64,000 nucleotides of DNA, from IMG/VR virus record IMGVR_UViG_3300028597_000007; one strand, 5' to 3'. The position numbers and the translations under genes were made by a program. The stretch comes from a virus. This document shows positions 44,767-53,977 of this stretch, one piece after another. The notes under the pieces are model-generated. The model was not told the origin of the DNA. It saw only the letters and a list, made by a program, of their open reading frames with translations, and made no database searches. Within the stretch, counting starts at the first letter, position 1. Each line of letters opens with the position of its first letter.

Positions 44767-46122
44767 ATGAACGCAAAGGAAAAAACACTCAGCTTCTTGA
44801 CCAGCATCCTCGTCTCGTTGGGTGCTTCGGTCAAGGGTCGAGCGGTGGTGATTGAAACCGAAGACGGTGAAGATCCCATCGTGATCGATGGCAAGACGCT
44901 GGTCATGCCTACCGATGAAACGCTCAAGCTCTCCAACTGGGATACGGAGATTCCGTTCTTCCCACTCTGCGAGAGCATCCTGCGCGGTGAATCTGAAGTT
45001 CAGCAAGAGCTGCTCGACATGATTCGCAGCGCCGTCAACATCCGCCTGGCCTCGCTTGTCTGGCAAATGTTCAAAGTAGCGAACTCCGACGAGTGCAAGG
45101 CTAACAAGCTCAGTCCAGAACAGGCAGAGTTCCTGCCTTGTCTGCCTGGCTTCGATGCCGAGATGGTCAAACGCATCGGTAAGGTAGTGCTTGGCGTAGA
45201 TCCGTCCGAGTACAAGTCCAGCCTGGTTCACATGAACCTCAAGCGCCGCGCCAAGATCAATGGCAAGGCGTACGATCGTGCATGTCTGGTTCGCTTCCCT
45301 CTGGCCGAGATGGAACGCAAGGAGAAGCCTTACAGCGCCGACCTGCGTGTCAAGGACATGGATGCACTGACCAACCTGCTGGACTACGTGCTGCCTAACT
45401 GGCAGGTGGAGAACACCTACAGCCGTGGCACCGATAGCCAGGTCGCCCCGTACTTCGTGGCAAGCCTGCTGGCCTACCAGAACATCAATGCCCGTATCAC
45501 TGAGCTGGCCAAGCGCTTCGAACCAACCTTCCCGATCTTCGGGACGCTGGTCAACGAAGATGACTGGGTCGAGTGCATGGATGATCTGTCGCGCATGCGC
45601 GACAGCATGCCGAACCTGCCGGGCAACGATGGTAAGGTTGTGCGCGGTCAGGCCGATGCTCCGATCATCGACGATCCAAAGCCTGCTCGTGGCGTACAGA
45701 TGCCAACTCCAAGCGCAGCTCCTCAGCGTCAGCCGGGTAGCCTGCCATGGGAAGATCAACCGCAGCAAGAGCAGCGCCCGGTCGAACGTCGTGTGGTGGA
45801 CGATGAGGCTGTCGAGTACAAGCCGCGTCAACAACCGCAGTACGGCAACCCAGGTCACATCCCGGTGCATCAGCCAGTGCACACTGGTGGTCCGAACGGC
45901 TATGGTAACCAGAACCATCAGCCAAGCTTCGCCGAACTGCAGCGCCAACGTCAGCAAGGCCACTACGGCTACGCTACCGTGAACACGCAGCCAGAAGTTG
46001 GCGGTAGTCCGTTCAGCAGCAGTGCACAACCAGGTTCCACGACTAACGTGGGTAACTACAACGTCAGCTACACGACCGCGAACAACGGGTATAGCACCCA
46101 GCCTCAAGGTCGGGGCTACTAA
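44767..46122 (+). CDS. conserved chimallivirus protein (phiKZ gp70-like) with a Q/P/N/G/Y low-complexity C-terminus
   Basis: Synteny; FFPLCESILRGES pattern. Confidence 0.7.
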   Translation: MNAKEKTLSFLTSILVSLGASVKGRAVVIETEDGEDPIVIDGKTLVMPTDETLKLSNWDTEIPFFPLCESILRGESEVQQELLDMIRSAVNIRLASLVWQMFKVANSDECKANKLSPEQAEFLPCLPGFDAEMVKRIGKVVLGVDPSEYKSSLVHMNLKRRAKINGKAYDRACLVRFPLAEMERKEKPYSADLRVKDMDALTNLLDYVLPNWQVENTYSRGTDSQVAPYFVASLLAYQNINARITELAKRFEPTFPIFGTLVNEDDWVECMDDLSRMRDSMPNLPGNDGKVVRGQADAPIIDDPKPARGVQMPTPSAAPQRQPGSLPWEDQPQQEQRPVERRVVDDEAVEYKPRQQPQYGNPGHIPVHQPVHTGGPNGYGNQNHQPSFAELQRQRQQGHYGYATVNTQPEVGGSPFSSSAQPGSTTNVGNYNVSYTTANNGYSTQPQGRGY

Positions 46123-46123
46123 C

Positions 46124-46165
46124 GGCATACTCCCCCGCCTTAACCGGCGGGGGAGATTTATCACC
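46124..46165. terminator. bidirectional terminator
   Basis: GGCATA then CTCCCCCGCC-TTAACC-GGCGGGGGAG. Confidence 0.8.
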
Positions 46166-46171
46166 TAGTTA

Positions 46172-46522
46172 TTATTTTAGCACCTTGCCGCGAGATGTAG
46201 CGTACAGTCCCTTAAGTGTCGTATATGACTCTTTGGTCGGAATGTACAAAACCTCGACACTGGCATCGAACGCTGTGGGTACTTCAATGTCGCTCATGCG
46301 CATCGTTGCGAAGTGATACTCAGGATGTATCTTCATCGAGGCCAGGTAACCGTAAAGGTCATACTGGTACTTGAAGGCTTGGTGTTGGTCCACGGTGTGA
46401 ACCTCAAACCGGCCATCCTGACGGAGGAACCCTCGATGAGTTTCAATCATCAAGCGGAACCCATCCTCGTTGGTAAGGGAATCGGGTGTAGCAATCGCCA
46501 GCTTTCTCAGTGGTGAGCCCAT
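46172..46522 (-). CDS. small conserved hypothetical protein
   Basis: ATG at 46522; FRLMIETH...KYQYDLYGYL...HFATMR pattern seen in phiKZ-like phages (recall). Confidence 0.7.
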   Translation of the reverse strand: MGSPLRKLAIATPDSLTNEDGFRLMIETHRGFLRQDGRFEVHTVDQHQAFKYQYDLYGYLASMKIHPEYHFATMRMSDIEVPTAFDASVEVLYIPTKESYTTLKGLYATSRGKVLK

Positions 46523-46550
46523 AGTTGATTTCCTGCAGTAAGGGAATTTC

Positions 46551-46572
46551 AGACCTAAAGTATCTAGGTGAA
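46551..46572 (+). promoter_or_regulatory. phage promoter motif AGACCTAAAGTATC-N4-TGAA
   Basis: Consensus match upstream of the RNAP beta gene. Confidence 0.75.
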
Positions 46573-46647
46573 GGTTATACAACCTCAATTGCTGTTAGGC
46601 TTTGTCTATGACGATTACTTCCGTCGTTGTCGACAAAAGGAGATAAG

Positions 46648-48750
46648 ATGCCTCGTTCAAAGGTCAATCAACTGCATCCAGAGTTTCTCTCGACGCAGAA
46701 CTTGAACCCATTCGTGGGTAACGACTCGGCGTCGCGTAAGCAGATGATGGCAGGCAACATGCCCCAAGCGTTGTCCCTGCTCAATCCAACTCGTCGGATT
46801 CTCATGACGGGTATGGAACCTGAATACGCGAAGTACGTGTTTAAGATCGAGATGCCGTGTGACGCTTATGTCATCGACGTCATCGATCGCGTTACTGCCA
46901 GTAACGTAAAAGGAGCGTTGAAACGTAACCCATCAACCCTCGTGATTTACGAGGACATCAAGACCGGTGAAGTGGGGCAGTTGAACATCCCCGAGTACCT
47001 GTCGTTCCACAAGCGGTTTGGTTTTGAGCTGGTGAAGAACCCAGAGGCCATGGCCTTGCTCAAGCCAGGGAACGGCGTCCCCAAAGGTACAGTCTTCGCC
47101 CAGCCTGCTACTGTGACACCGGAAGGTGAATACATGTACGGGCGTGAGCTGTCCTGCGTCTGGGCAACCTTGCCAGGCGTAATTGAAGACGGTGGTATCA
47201 TTTCCGAGACCGCTGCGCGAAACATGTCAACTTACATTTACGAGGAGCGTTCTGCCTCGTACGGTAAGCAGGAATACCCGCTAAACCTGTTCGGCGACGA
47301 CAGCGTCTACAAGCTTTGCCCGGATGTGGGTGAGTTCGTGGGTGACGACGGTATCCTCATGGCGTTCCGTAAGAAACGTGACATGATGGGTACCGTCGAG
47401 ATGACGCCAGAACGACTGCGCAAGATCGACCGCATCTTCGATCGCCAGATCAAGGTGCCGCCAGGATCTGAAGTGGTTGACATCCAGGTTCAGCACGACA
47501 GCGAACAACGTGTGAACAATACGCCACTCGGCATGGAGTACACACCGAACCGCTATGACGATGCACAGCGCCGTTACTATCAGCGCATCATCGCCAAGTA
47601 CCGTGAGCTGGAGCAACGTGGTGAAGGTCTGTCGCTAACGCGTGAATTCCACCGTCAGGTGGTTGAAGCGCTGGTGTACATGAACCCGTACCATAAAGGC
47701 GGTCGTAAACTCTGCTATCGCAAGGTAGAGCTGGATGACTGGCGCATCACCGTAACCATCCGTCGCGAGATCCGCGCTGGCATGGGCATCAAGATCACCT
47801 GTACCCATGGTGGTAAGGGTGTGATTGTAAAGGTGATGAAGGACGAGGATATGCCGCGCGACAAGCACGGCCGTATCATCGATCTGGTCATGGACCCTAT
47901 GTCGCTTACCAAGCGGATGAACATGGGTCGTGTGATCGAGCCTCGCATCAGTTCCGTCTGCATGGAGTACACCCGCCTGCTGCGTGAAGCACTGGGGTTG
48001 CGTGATGAGTTCACCGACTACAGTGTTGCTCAGACTGCATTGCAGAAGATGGCCGAAGATCAGCAACAAGAGTTCTTCAAGCGGTTCCTGAGCTTCTATG
48101 AGCTTATGAGCCCACGCATGCATAAGGGCATCGTCGACTTCCCAGACTTCGACGTTAAAGGTCACCTGACCACGGTGGCTTCCCATGGCATGCAGCTCTG
48201 GCTGCCGACTGACAACCCTGTGGTCTACTCGGACATTCTGCCGCGACTTAAAGCAGAGCATCCATGCAACTACAGTCAGATCACCTGGCGCAACGCGAAA
48301 GGCAAGTGGATCACCAGCCGCAAGGAAATGGTCGTAGGCTCTATCTACACGATCATGCTGGAGAAGATTGCCCGAGACTTGGCTGCCGTATCCTCGGCGA
48401 AGCTGCAGATCAACGGCGTTCCATCCAGGATTGCAAACAGCGACCGTTACAGCACCCACATCCGCATGCAGCCAATGCGCTTTGCAGGCGAGACCGAAGT
48501 GCGACTGATGCTGATGGCAATCGGCGGCATGGCGACACGGGACCTGTTGGAGCAAACCAACAACCCAGACTCTCACAGCATCGTCTATGAGAGCATCCTC
48601 TTGGCCGATCAACCAACGAACATTGAGGAGGTCATTCCACGCGATAAGTTCCCTGCAAACGGGCACCGCATCGCAAAACAGATCGAGCACCTACACATGT
48701 GTGCGGGTGTTGGATTCAGACTGGAACCTGACCACATTCCAACGGAGTGA
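46648..48750 (+). CDS. non-virion RNA polymerase beta subunit, C-terminal part (phiKZ gp71-73-like), uninterrupted
   Basis: DSASRKQM, IEDG, THGGKGVI, DLVMDP and QPMRFAGETE motifs; RBS AGGAG. Confidence 0.92.
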   Translation: MPRSKVNQLHPEFLSTQNLNPFVGNDSASRKQMMAGNMPQALSLLNPTRRILMTGMEPEYAKYVFKIEMPCDAYVIDVIDRVTASNVKGALKRNPSTLVIYEDIKTGEVGQLNIPEYLSFHKRFGFELVKNPEAMALLKPGNGVPKGTVFAQPATVTPEGEYMYGRELSCVWATLPGVIEDGGIISETAARNMSTYIYEERSASYGKQEYPLNLFGDDSVYKLCPDVGEFVGDDGILMAFRKKRDMMGTVEMTPERLRKIDRIFDRQIKVPPGSEVVDIQVQHDSEQRVNNTPLGMEYTPNRYDDAQRRYYQRIIAKYRELEQRGEGLSLTREFHRQVVEALVYMNPYHKGGRKLCYRKVELDDWRITVTIRREIRAGMGIKITCTHGGKGVIVKVMKDEDMPRDKHGRIIDLVMDPMSLTKRMNMGRVIEPRISSVCMEYTRLLREALGLRDEFTDYSVAQTALQKMAEDQQQEFFKRFLSFYELMSPRMHKGIVDFPDFDVKGHLTTVASHGMQLWLPTDNPVVYSDILPRLKAEHPCNYSQITWRNAKGKWITSRKEMVVGSIYTIMLEKIARDLAAVSSAKLQINGVPSRIANSDRYSTHIRMQPMRFAGETEVRLMLMAIGGMATRDLLEQTNNPDSHSIVYESILLADQPTNIEEVIPRDKFPANGHRIAKQIEHLHMCAGVGFRLEPDHIPTE

Positions 48751-48755
48751 CCTGA

Positions 48756-50747
48756 ATGTCATTAGTAATTGAAGGGAGAACACTTCTGGGTATGCGCCCA
48801 GAACGTGTGAACGAATGGCTGATGGGTCAGGGCCTCGAAGAGGATGGCGCCTTTACCCTGAAGCTGGATGACGGGGAACATCCCTGCACTGTTCAGCGGG
48901 CGGTCTACTCGACGTTCTGCTGGAACTTCCAGCGCATCTGGCCAAAGACGCCGTTGGAAAAGCGTCACGTGTTGCTGTACCCGGATCGGATCACTAGCAA
49001 CGCACACTTGCAGCTGATGAAGCACAGCTATTGGGATACGTTCGACATCTACCTGGAGGCAGGTGAAGAACTGGATCTTGAGTACCTGGACCTCATTGGC
49101 TGTAAGTCGGCCAACGCCATCTACAACTACGCGGTTAATGAGCTGCAGGAATGGGTGGAAACCCTGTCGCTCGACGACTACGTGGACGTGGTGGAATCGC
49201 CGCTGATCAAACATGAGCTGGATACCGTTGAGCCGTCTCGCCGTGGTGTGAGTAATTGCCACGACAACATCGGTCGCCTGCTCATGACCAGCGATGACCT
49301 GGAGAAGAACACGCTGTCTGAGTTCTGCCGGTCGAAGTTCATCTCGCTGGGCCAGGTGTTGCAATGTATTGGTCCTAAAGGCTACCCAACCGAGATCAGT
49401 TCGGAATACTTCCGTCATCCGATCCTGAACTCGTTCTTGACTGGTCTGAACACGCTGTACGAAAGTGCAGCAGAGTCGCGCTCGGCTACCAAAGCGATGT
49501 ACTACTCGAAAGACCATGTTGAGAAGGGCGAATACTTCCAGCGTAAGATGCAGCTTGGCGCCTTCCCTGTGGCCAGGTTGTTCAAGGGCGACTGCGGTTC
49601 TACCAAGTACCTGCAGATCACCATGCGTGAGGATCTCCTCTACGCATTCGCTGGTAAGTACATGCTGGTGCCTGAGACTGGCAAGCTTAAAGCGATCTGG
49701 AAAGATAGCCGCGAGCTTATCGGTCAAACGATCCTGTTGCGTTCCTCGATCCACTGCCAGCGCTTCCACGAGCATGGCGTGTGCCAGACCTGCTTCGGCT
49801 ATCTTGGTCACTCGATCGTGCGCAACTCCAACCTCGGCCACATCTCGTCGTCTGAGCTGTGTAAGGATGCCTCCCAGGCGCTGCTGGCAGTTAAGCACAG
49901 CGATGCCACGGTGGACATTGCCGACGTTGCGCTCGGGGATCTGGAGCAGCTATTCCTCACGCCATCGGCGGACGAGGAGGTTGCAGACCTGCGGCTGTTG
50001 TACAACCCAGAGCTGCACAACCTGCGCATCGCGATCGACGAGCGCTACGTTCGCAACCTGCACGACATCAAGGTGGTTGACGATCTGTCCAAGCTGACCC
50101 TGTCCAACACCACGAGCATGTACTCCATGCAGCTGTGGTACGTGGACGAGGATGGTTTCGATCAGGTTCAACGACTGACAGTTGCCAACGGTTCCCGTCA
50201 GGCGTCGTTCACGCTGCAAGCGCTGGAGTACATCCGTAAAACCGGGTGGACCATCAGCGAAGGCATGGTGGTGGTCGACATGAAGGACTGGGAATTCGAA
50301 GACAGCCTGCTGTCGCTGCCGGTTCAGCATGCGAACATGTTGGAGTACATCAACGACGTGGAAACCTTCACCCGCTCTAGTGGCAAGGGCAGCGGAGATG
50401 GCGCACGCGATCGTCTGGTGAACTACGAGACTCTGGACGAGGGCTTGTTGATGATGAACAAGATGGTTTCCTCGAAGCTGTCTGTCAATATCGCCCACCA
50501 GGAAATCGTTATCTCCTGCATGACCGCCATCAGTGAAGATGACTCGCGCTTCCCGCGCATGCCATCGGAAGGGGTAATCCGTCCGTACGAAGATCTTATT
50601 CGTGATCGATCCCTCGCAGGGACTCTTTCTTACGAACATTTGGAACGTATTTATGGAAACCCACGTACCTATCTTAACCAGAACAGGTGCTACCATCCGA
50701 TGGACGCATTGCACGCCAACATTCCTGAAGGCATGACAGTGCTGTAA
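48756..50747 (+). CDS. non-virion RNA polymerase beta-prime subunit, C-terminal part (phiKZ gp74-like)
   Basis: QVLQCIGPKG, bridge-helix-like GEYFQRKM, DCGS, CQTCFG. Confidence 0.9.
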   Translation: MSLVIEGRTLLGMRPERVNEWLMGQGLEEDGAFTLKLDDGEHPCTVQRAVYSTFCWNFQRIWPKTPLEKRHVLLYPDRITSNAHLQLMKHSYWDTFDIYLEAGEELDLEYLDLIGCKSANAIYNYAVNELQEWVETLSLDDYVDVVESPLIKHELDTVEPSRRGVSNCHDNIGRLLMTSDDLEKNTLSEFCRSKFISLGQVLQCIGPKGYPTEISSEYFRHPILNSFLTGLNTLYESAAESRSATKAMYYSKDHVEKGEYFQRKMQLGAFPVARLFKGDCGSTKYLQITMREDLLYAFAGKYMLVPETGKLKAIWKDSRELIGQTILLRSSIHCQRFHEHGVCQTCFGYLGHSIVRNSNLGHISSSELCKDASQALLAVKHSDATVDIADVALGDLEQLFLTPSADEEVADLRLLYNPELHNLRIAIDERYVRNLHDIKVVDDLSKLTLSNTTSMYSMQLWYVDEDGFDQVQRLTVANGSRQASFTLQALEYIRKTGWTISEGMVVVDMKDWEFEDSLLSLPVQHANMLEYINDVETFTRSSGKGSGDGARDRLVNYETLDEGLLMMNKMVSSKLSVNIAHQEIVISCMTAISEDDSRFPRMPSEGVIRPYEDLIRDRSLAGTLSYEHLERIYGNPRTYLNQNRCYHPMDALHANIPEGMTVL

Positions 50748-50758
50748 CAGGTGACTGC

Positions 50759-50798
50759 GCCCCCTCTTCGGAGGGGGCACGGCTCCCTGTATTTTTTT
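50759..50798 (+). terminator. intrinsic terminator
   Basis: GCCCCCTC-TTCG-GAGGGGGC with a downstream T7. Confidence 0.8.
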
Positions 50799-50814
50799 GT
50801 GAGGGAGATAGCGA

Positions 50815-52335
50815 ATGCGGATTGACGTTTACTCCCACGGGTATACGGTGCGAGGTCTTACCAATGCCACTCGCGTTGGTGTTGGTAAGCTGTGTCGTTT
50901 CCTCGGTCACTTTGAATTGCAACCTACGGAGACTGGTCGCTACGAGCAAAAGCAAACAGCGACTTATGCCGGGGGTTTTGCAAACAGGGAGCAGTTCTGT
51001 TTCCACAAAGATACATTGGAGCGATTCCTGCGCATCATTGCAGACATCGTCCCAGGTATCAAACCGGAAATAGTGCACCATGACCTGTGGGACTCGGTCG
51101 ATGTAAAGATCGAGCTTAAAGACCTGCGTGAACCTCGTTGGGGACAACCCGGTGCCATTGAGCATGGGCTTAGCGAGGGCAACATCAAAGCGATCTGCCT
51201 AGGCCCTGGCCGTGGTAAGACGTTTGTATTCAACCGGATCTCCTTCGCCAAGCAAAAGCGTGTGGCGATGATTCTCCGGTCGGGGTATGTGGACAAGTGG
51301 GAAAAAGACATCGGCAGTGCGCATCACTGCGAAGAAGGCGACATCCTCAAGATCAAGGGTGGCAAGGACCTGATGAAGTTGATGCTTGCAGCATTGACGG
51401 GAACCATCACGGCCAAGTACATCCTGATCTCCAACTCCACCTACCGCAATTACCTGAAGCTCTGGGAGATGGCCAACGGCGACCTGAAAGATCAAGGTTT
51501 CCCGTTGTCGCCCTTTGAGTTGATGGGTGCGTTGGGCGTGGAGATTCTGGGCATCGACGAGGTGCACCAAGACTTCCACTTCAACCACCGCTGCATCATT
51601 CACCAAAACGTGCCATTGATCGTTACGCTCTCTGGTACGCTGGACCCTGACAACTCGTTCAAGAACGACATCACCAAGCTGACGTTCCCCGCGAGTACCC
51701 GTTACATCGAGCCACCACCTCCACCCTACATCCGTTGTAAGGCATTGCAGTTCAGTCTGCAGAGCCCGCACCTGATCAAGTGGAAGCACCGGGGGCGGTC
51801 TGAGTATTCTCAGGCAGCCTTTGAAAAGAGTATCATGCACTATGGAAAGGTCCTGACCAAGTACAAAGAGATGATCCTCGACATTGCGGCCATCTCCTTC
51901 ATGCCATTGTGGAAGCCAGGCAGGAAACTGCTGGTGTTCGCAGGTACGAAGAAGATGTGTACGATCCTGGCTGAAGCGTTCACCAAGAAGTACCCTGATC
52001 TCAAGGTACGGCGCTACATCGGTGAGGACCCGTACTCGCACATTGGTGAGGCAGACATTCTTGTCTCCACTACCAAGTCGTGTGGTACCGCAATCGACAT
52101 CCCCGGCTTGGCAATCTCGTTGATGACTGAAGCCGTCAACGACACTCAGGCAAACTTGCAGCACATCAAACGTCTGCGCGAGCCTGATCAGGGACCTGAT
52201 TATTTCACGCCGGAGTTCTTGTATCTTCTGTGCTCGAACATTCCGCAACACATGAACTACCACAAGCACAAGGTTGAAATCTTCCGCTCTGAGGTAATTT
52301 CTCACGAAACACTTTTAACGGACTATGTGATCTGA
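50815..52335 (+). CDS. SF2 (UvsW-like) DEAD/DEAH helicase (phiKZ gp75-like)
   Basis: Walker A GPGRGKT, DEVH, TLSGT, GTAIDIPGL. Confidence 0.92.
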   Translation: MRIDVYSHGYTVRGLTNATRVGVGKLCRFLGHFELQPTETGRYEQKQTATYAGGFANREQFCFHKDTLERFLRIIADIVPGIKPEIVHHDLWDSVDVKIELKDLREPRWGQPGAIEHGLSEGNIKAICLGPGRGKTFVFNRISFAKQKRVAMILRSGYVDKWEKDIGSAHHCEEGDILKIKGGKDLMKLMLAALTGTITAKYILISNSTYRNYLKLWEMANGDLKDQGFPLSPFELMGALGVEILGIDEVHQDFHFNHRCIIHQNVPLIVTLSGTLDPDNSFKNDITKLTFPASTRYIEPPPPPYIRCKALQFSLQSPHLIKWKHRGRSEYSQAAFEKSIMHYGKVLTKYKEMILDIAAISFMPLWKPGRKLLVFAGTKKMCTILAEAFTKKYPDLKVRRYIGEDPYSHIGEADILVSTTKSCGTAIDIPGLAISLMTEAVNDTQANLQHIKRLREPDQGPDYFTPEFLYLLCSNIPQHMNYHKHKVEIFRSEVISHETLLTDYVI

Positions 52336-52337
52336 CA

Positions 52338-52637
52338 ATGAGCCATCCACGCCCGTATCAGCTCTATCGGGTCGATGCAGGTGGAAACCGGGTCTACGTG
52401 CCCGGTCTTGTCATTCAGCTTGTAGGGACTCACCCAGGCTGTCTGGCAGAGTATCACCTGATCCATCGACACTACAAAGTCGGCAAGATCATCGTCAAGT
52501 ATCCGGTCCACGGACCGGAATTGATGGAGGTCATCATCGACGCAGATTTCCCTGCCCGCGACTGGAAAGTTGAAGACCAGTACGGTAACGACTACAACCT
52601 TGCCCGAGTTGTTGGGCTCATGCAAAAGGAAGAGTAA
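52338..52637 (+). CDS. hypothetical protein
   Basis: Tiled ORF. Confidence 0.7.
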   Translation: MSHPRPYQLYRVDAGGNRVYVPGLVIQLVGTHPGCLAEYHLIHRHYKVGKIIVKYPVHGPELMEVIIDADFPARDWKVEDQYGNDYNLARVVGLMQKEE

Positions 52638-53375
52638 GTGAACAAGCCCTATCAATCTGCACCCCTGTCTGAACTGCACCTGCGCGTCGGTGCCCTGCTG
52701 TTCTTCGCCAACGAAGTCAACCGTGGCCTGGAGCGTAAAGAGCTGAACCCAATGGGTAGCTTCTACATGTTCGACGACCACAGCGAAATCCGTACCCCGG
52801 CCAATGTGCCCGACAACTGGCCACACGGCCTGGTGCGCATCTTCACCGAACAAGTGAAGGGCGACGAGAAGTTCGAATTCCAGCTGTCTCAGTTCGACCC
52901 GGCCATGAACACCGCAGCCTACGACGCCAAACGCGGCGGCGGCCTTGACCAGCAGGGCATCCGCTTCGTGGCTGGTACCGGCTGGCAAGGTCTGAGCGCG
53001 CACTACCTGATGGTGCCTGAGTATGACCAGATCTCCTACGTGCCACTGATCGGTAGTCATACCGACGACATCGAAACCATTCTGGAGCAGTCCAAGCTGG
53101 GTGGCTACGATCGCAAGGTCATTCGTGAAACCTACGAAGCCACCGCCATGGCAGCGTACGAGAACGAAGACGACCTCGAACACGCTCGTGGTGTTCCGCA
53201 CACCTACCACAACTGGCTGATGCTCAACGCCCTGATCATCGCCAAGATCGTCACCCTGCGCGCGATCGCGCTGGCCGAGCATGGTGAGAACGTCCTCAAC
53301 GAAACCATGCAACGCGATTCCAAGACCGGTGCTGTACTGCCGATCGACGTATCAGAAGAGCAAGATCCAGCCTGA
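52638..53375 (+). CDS. hypothetical protein, probably highly expressed
   Basis: GTG after AAGGAAGAG; strong codon bias; followed by a terminator. Confidence 0.8.
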   Translation: MNKPYQSAPLSELHLRVGALLFFANEVNRGLERKELNPMGSFYMFDDHSEIRTPANVPDNWPHGLVRIFTEQVKGDEKFEFQLSQFDPAMNTAAYDAKRGGGLDQQGIRFVAGTGWQGLSAHYLMVPEYDQISYVPLIGSHTDDIETILEQSKLGGYDRKVIRETYEATAMAAYENEDDLEHARGVPHTYHNWLMLNALIIAKIVTLRAIALAEHGENVLNETMQRDSKTGAVLPIDVSEEQDPA

Positions 53376-53435
53376 CGGCATAGCTGCCCCTCCCCGCAAG
53401 GGGAGGGGCAGTGAGCCTATGCTCTTTTTTTTTTG
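53375..53435. terminator. bidirectional terminator with GGCATA/TATGC flanks
   Basis: CTGCCCCTCCCC-GCAA-GGGGAGGGGCAG and a T tract. Confidence 0.9.
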
Positions 53436-53442
53436 CTTCAGA

Positions 53443-53970
53443 TCACATGTACTGTGCGTAGAAGCCTTGCAGGCGCTCGGCCTGACTTACGTCGCTGACG
53501 CACTTCTCGATGCGACCGAAGCCGTAACGGGAGATGGCAACACCACGGCTTCGGCCGTCGCAGGTGGAGGTCATCAGGTGCAACATGGCTTCCAGCAGGC
53601 GCAGGTCCATCACCGGCATGGTCTTGAGCAGGTCCATGAAGCGGTTGCGGTAGCGCATGCTCATGACGCCATTGATGTTCTTCAGCACCCACTGCAGGAG
53701 TGCCTCGTAGGCCTGGTTGAAGTCTTGGCCTTCGAGCTTGAGTACCATCTTGATGATCTTGAGAATGGCTTTCTGCTGCTTGATGCCTTCCTCTTCGCTC
53801 GGTTCATTGCCTTTGGGGTCCATGACCTTTTCGTAGTCAGCCAGCAGGCCGTTGACGGTCTCCATGGTGATGTCGTATTTGGTCTTGGGTGTCACGTTGG
53901 CTTTCGCCACCTCTTTGGCCATGACTTCGGTACCTTCTTCGGTTGGAGTTTGTTCTTCGCCAGCCATCAT
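53443..53970 (-). CDS. conserved chimallivirus protein (phiKZ gp77-like)
   Basis: RBS GAGGA; downstream of the vRNAP subunit; synteny. Confidence 0.7.
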   Translation of the reverse strand: MMAGEEQTPTEEGTEVMAKEVAKANVTPKTKYDITMETVNGLLADYEKVMDPKGNEPSEEEGIKQQKAILKIIKMVLKLEGQDFNQAYEALLQWVLKNINGVMSMRYRNRFMDLLKTMPVMDLRLLEAMLHLMTSTCDGRSRGVAISRYGFGRIEKCVSDVSQAERLQGFYAQYM

Positions 53971-53977
53971 TGTTTCC

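Noticed and set aside
43993-46164. 723-aa antisense ORF across picA and gp70-like genes
   Set aside because: Mirror of two biased sense genes; would cross a promoter-defined operon
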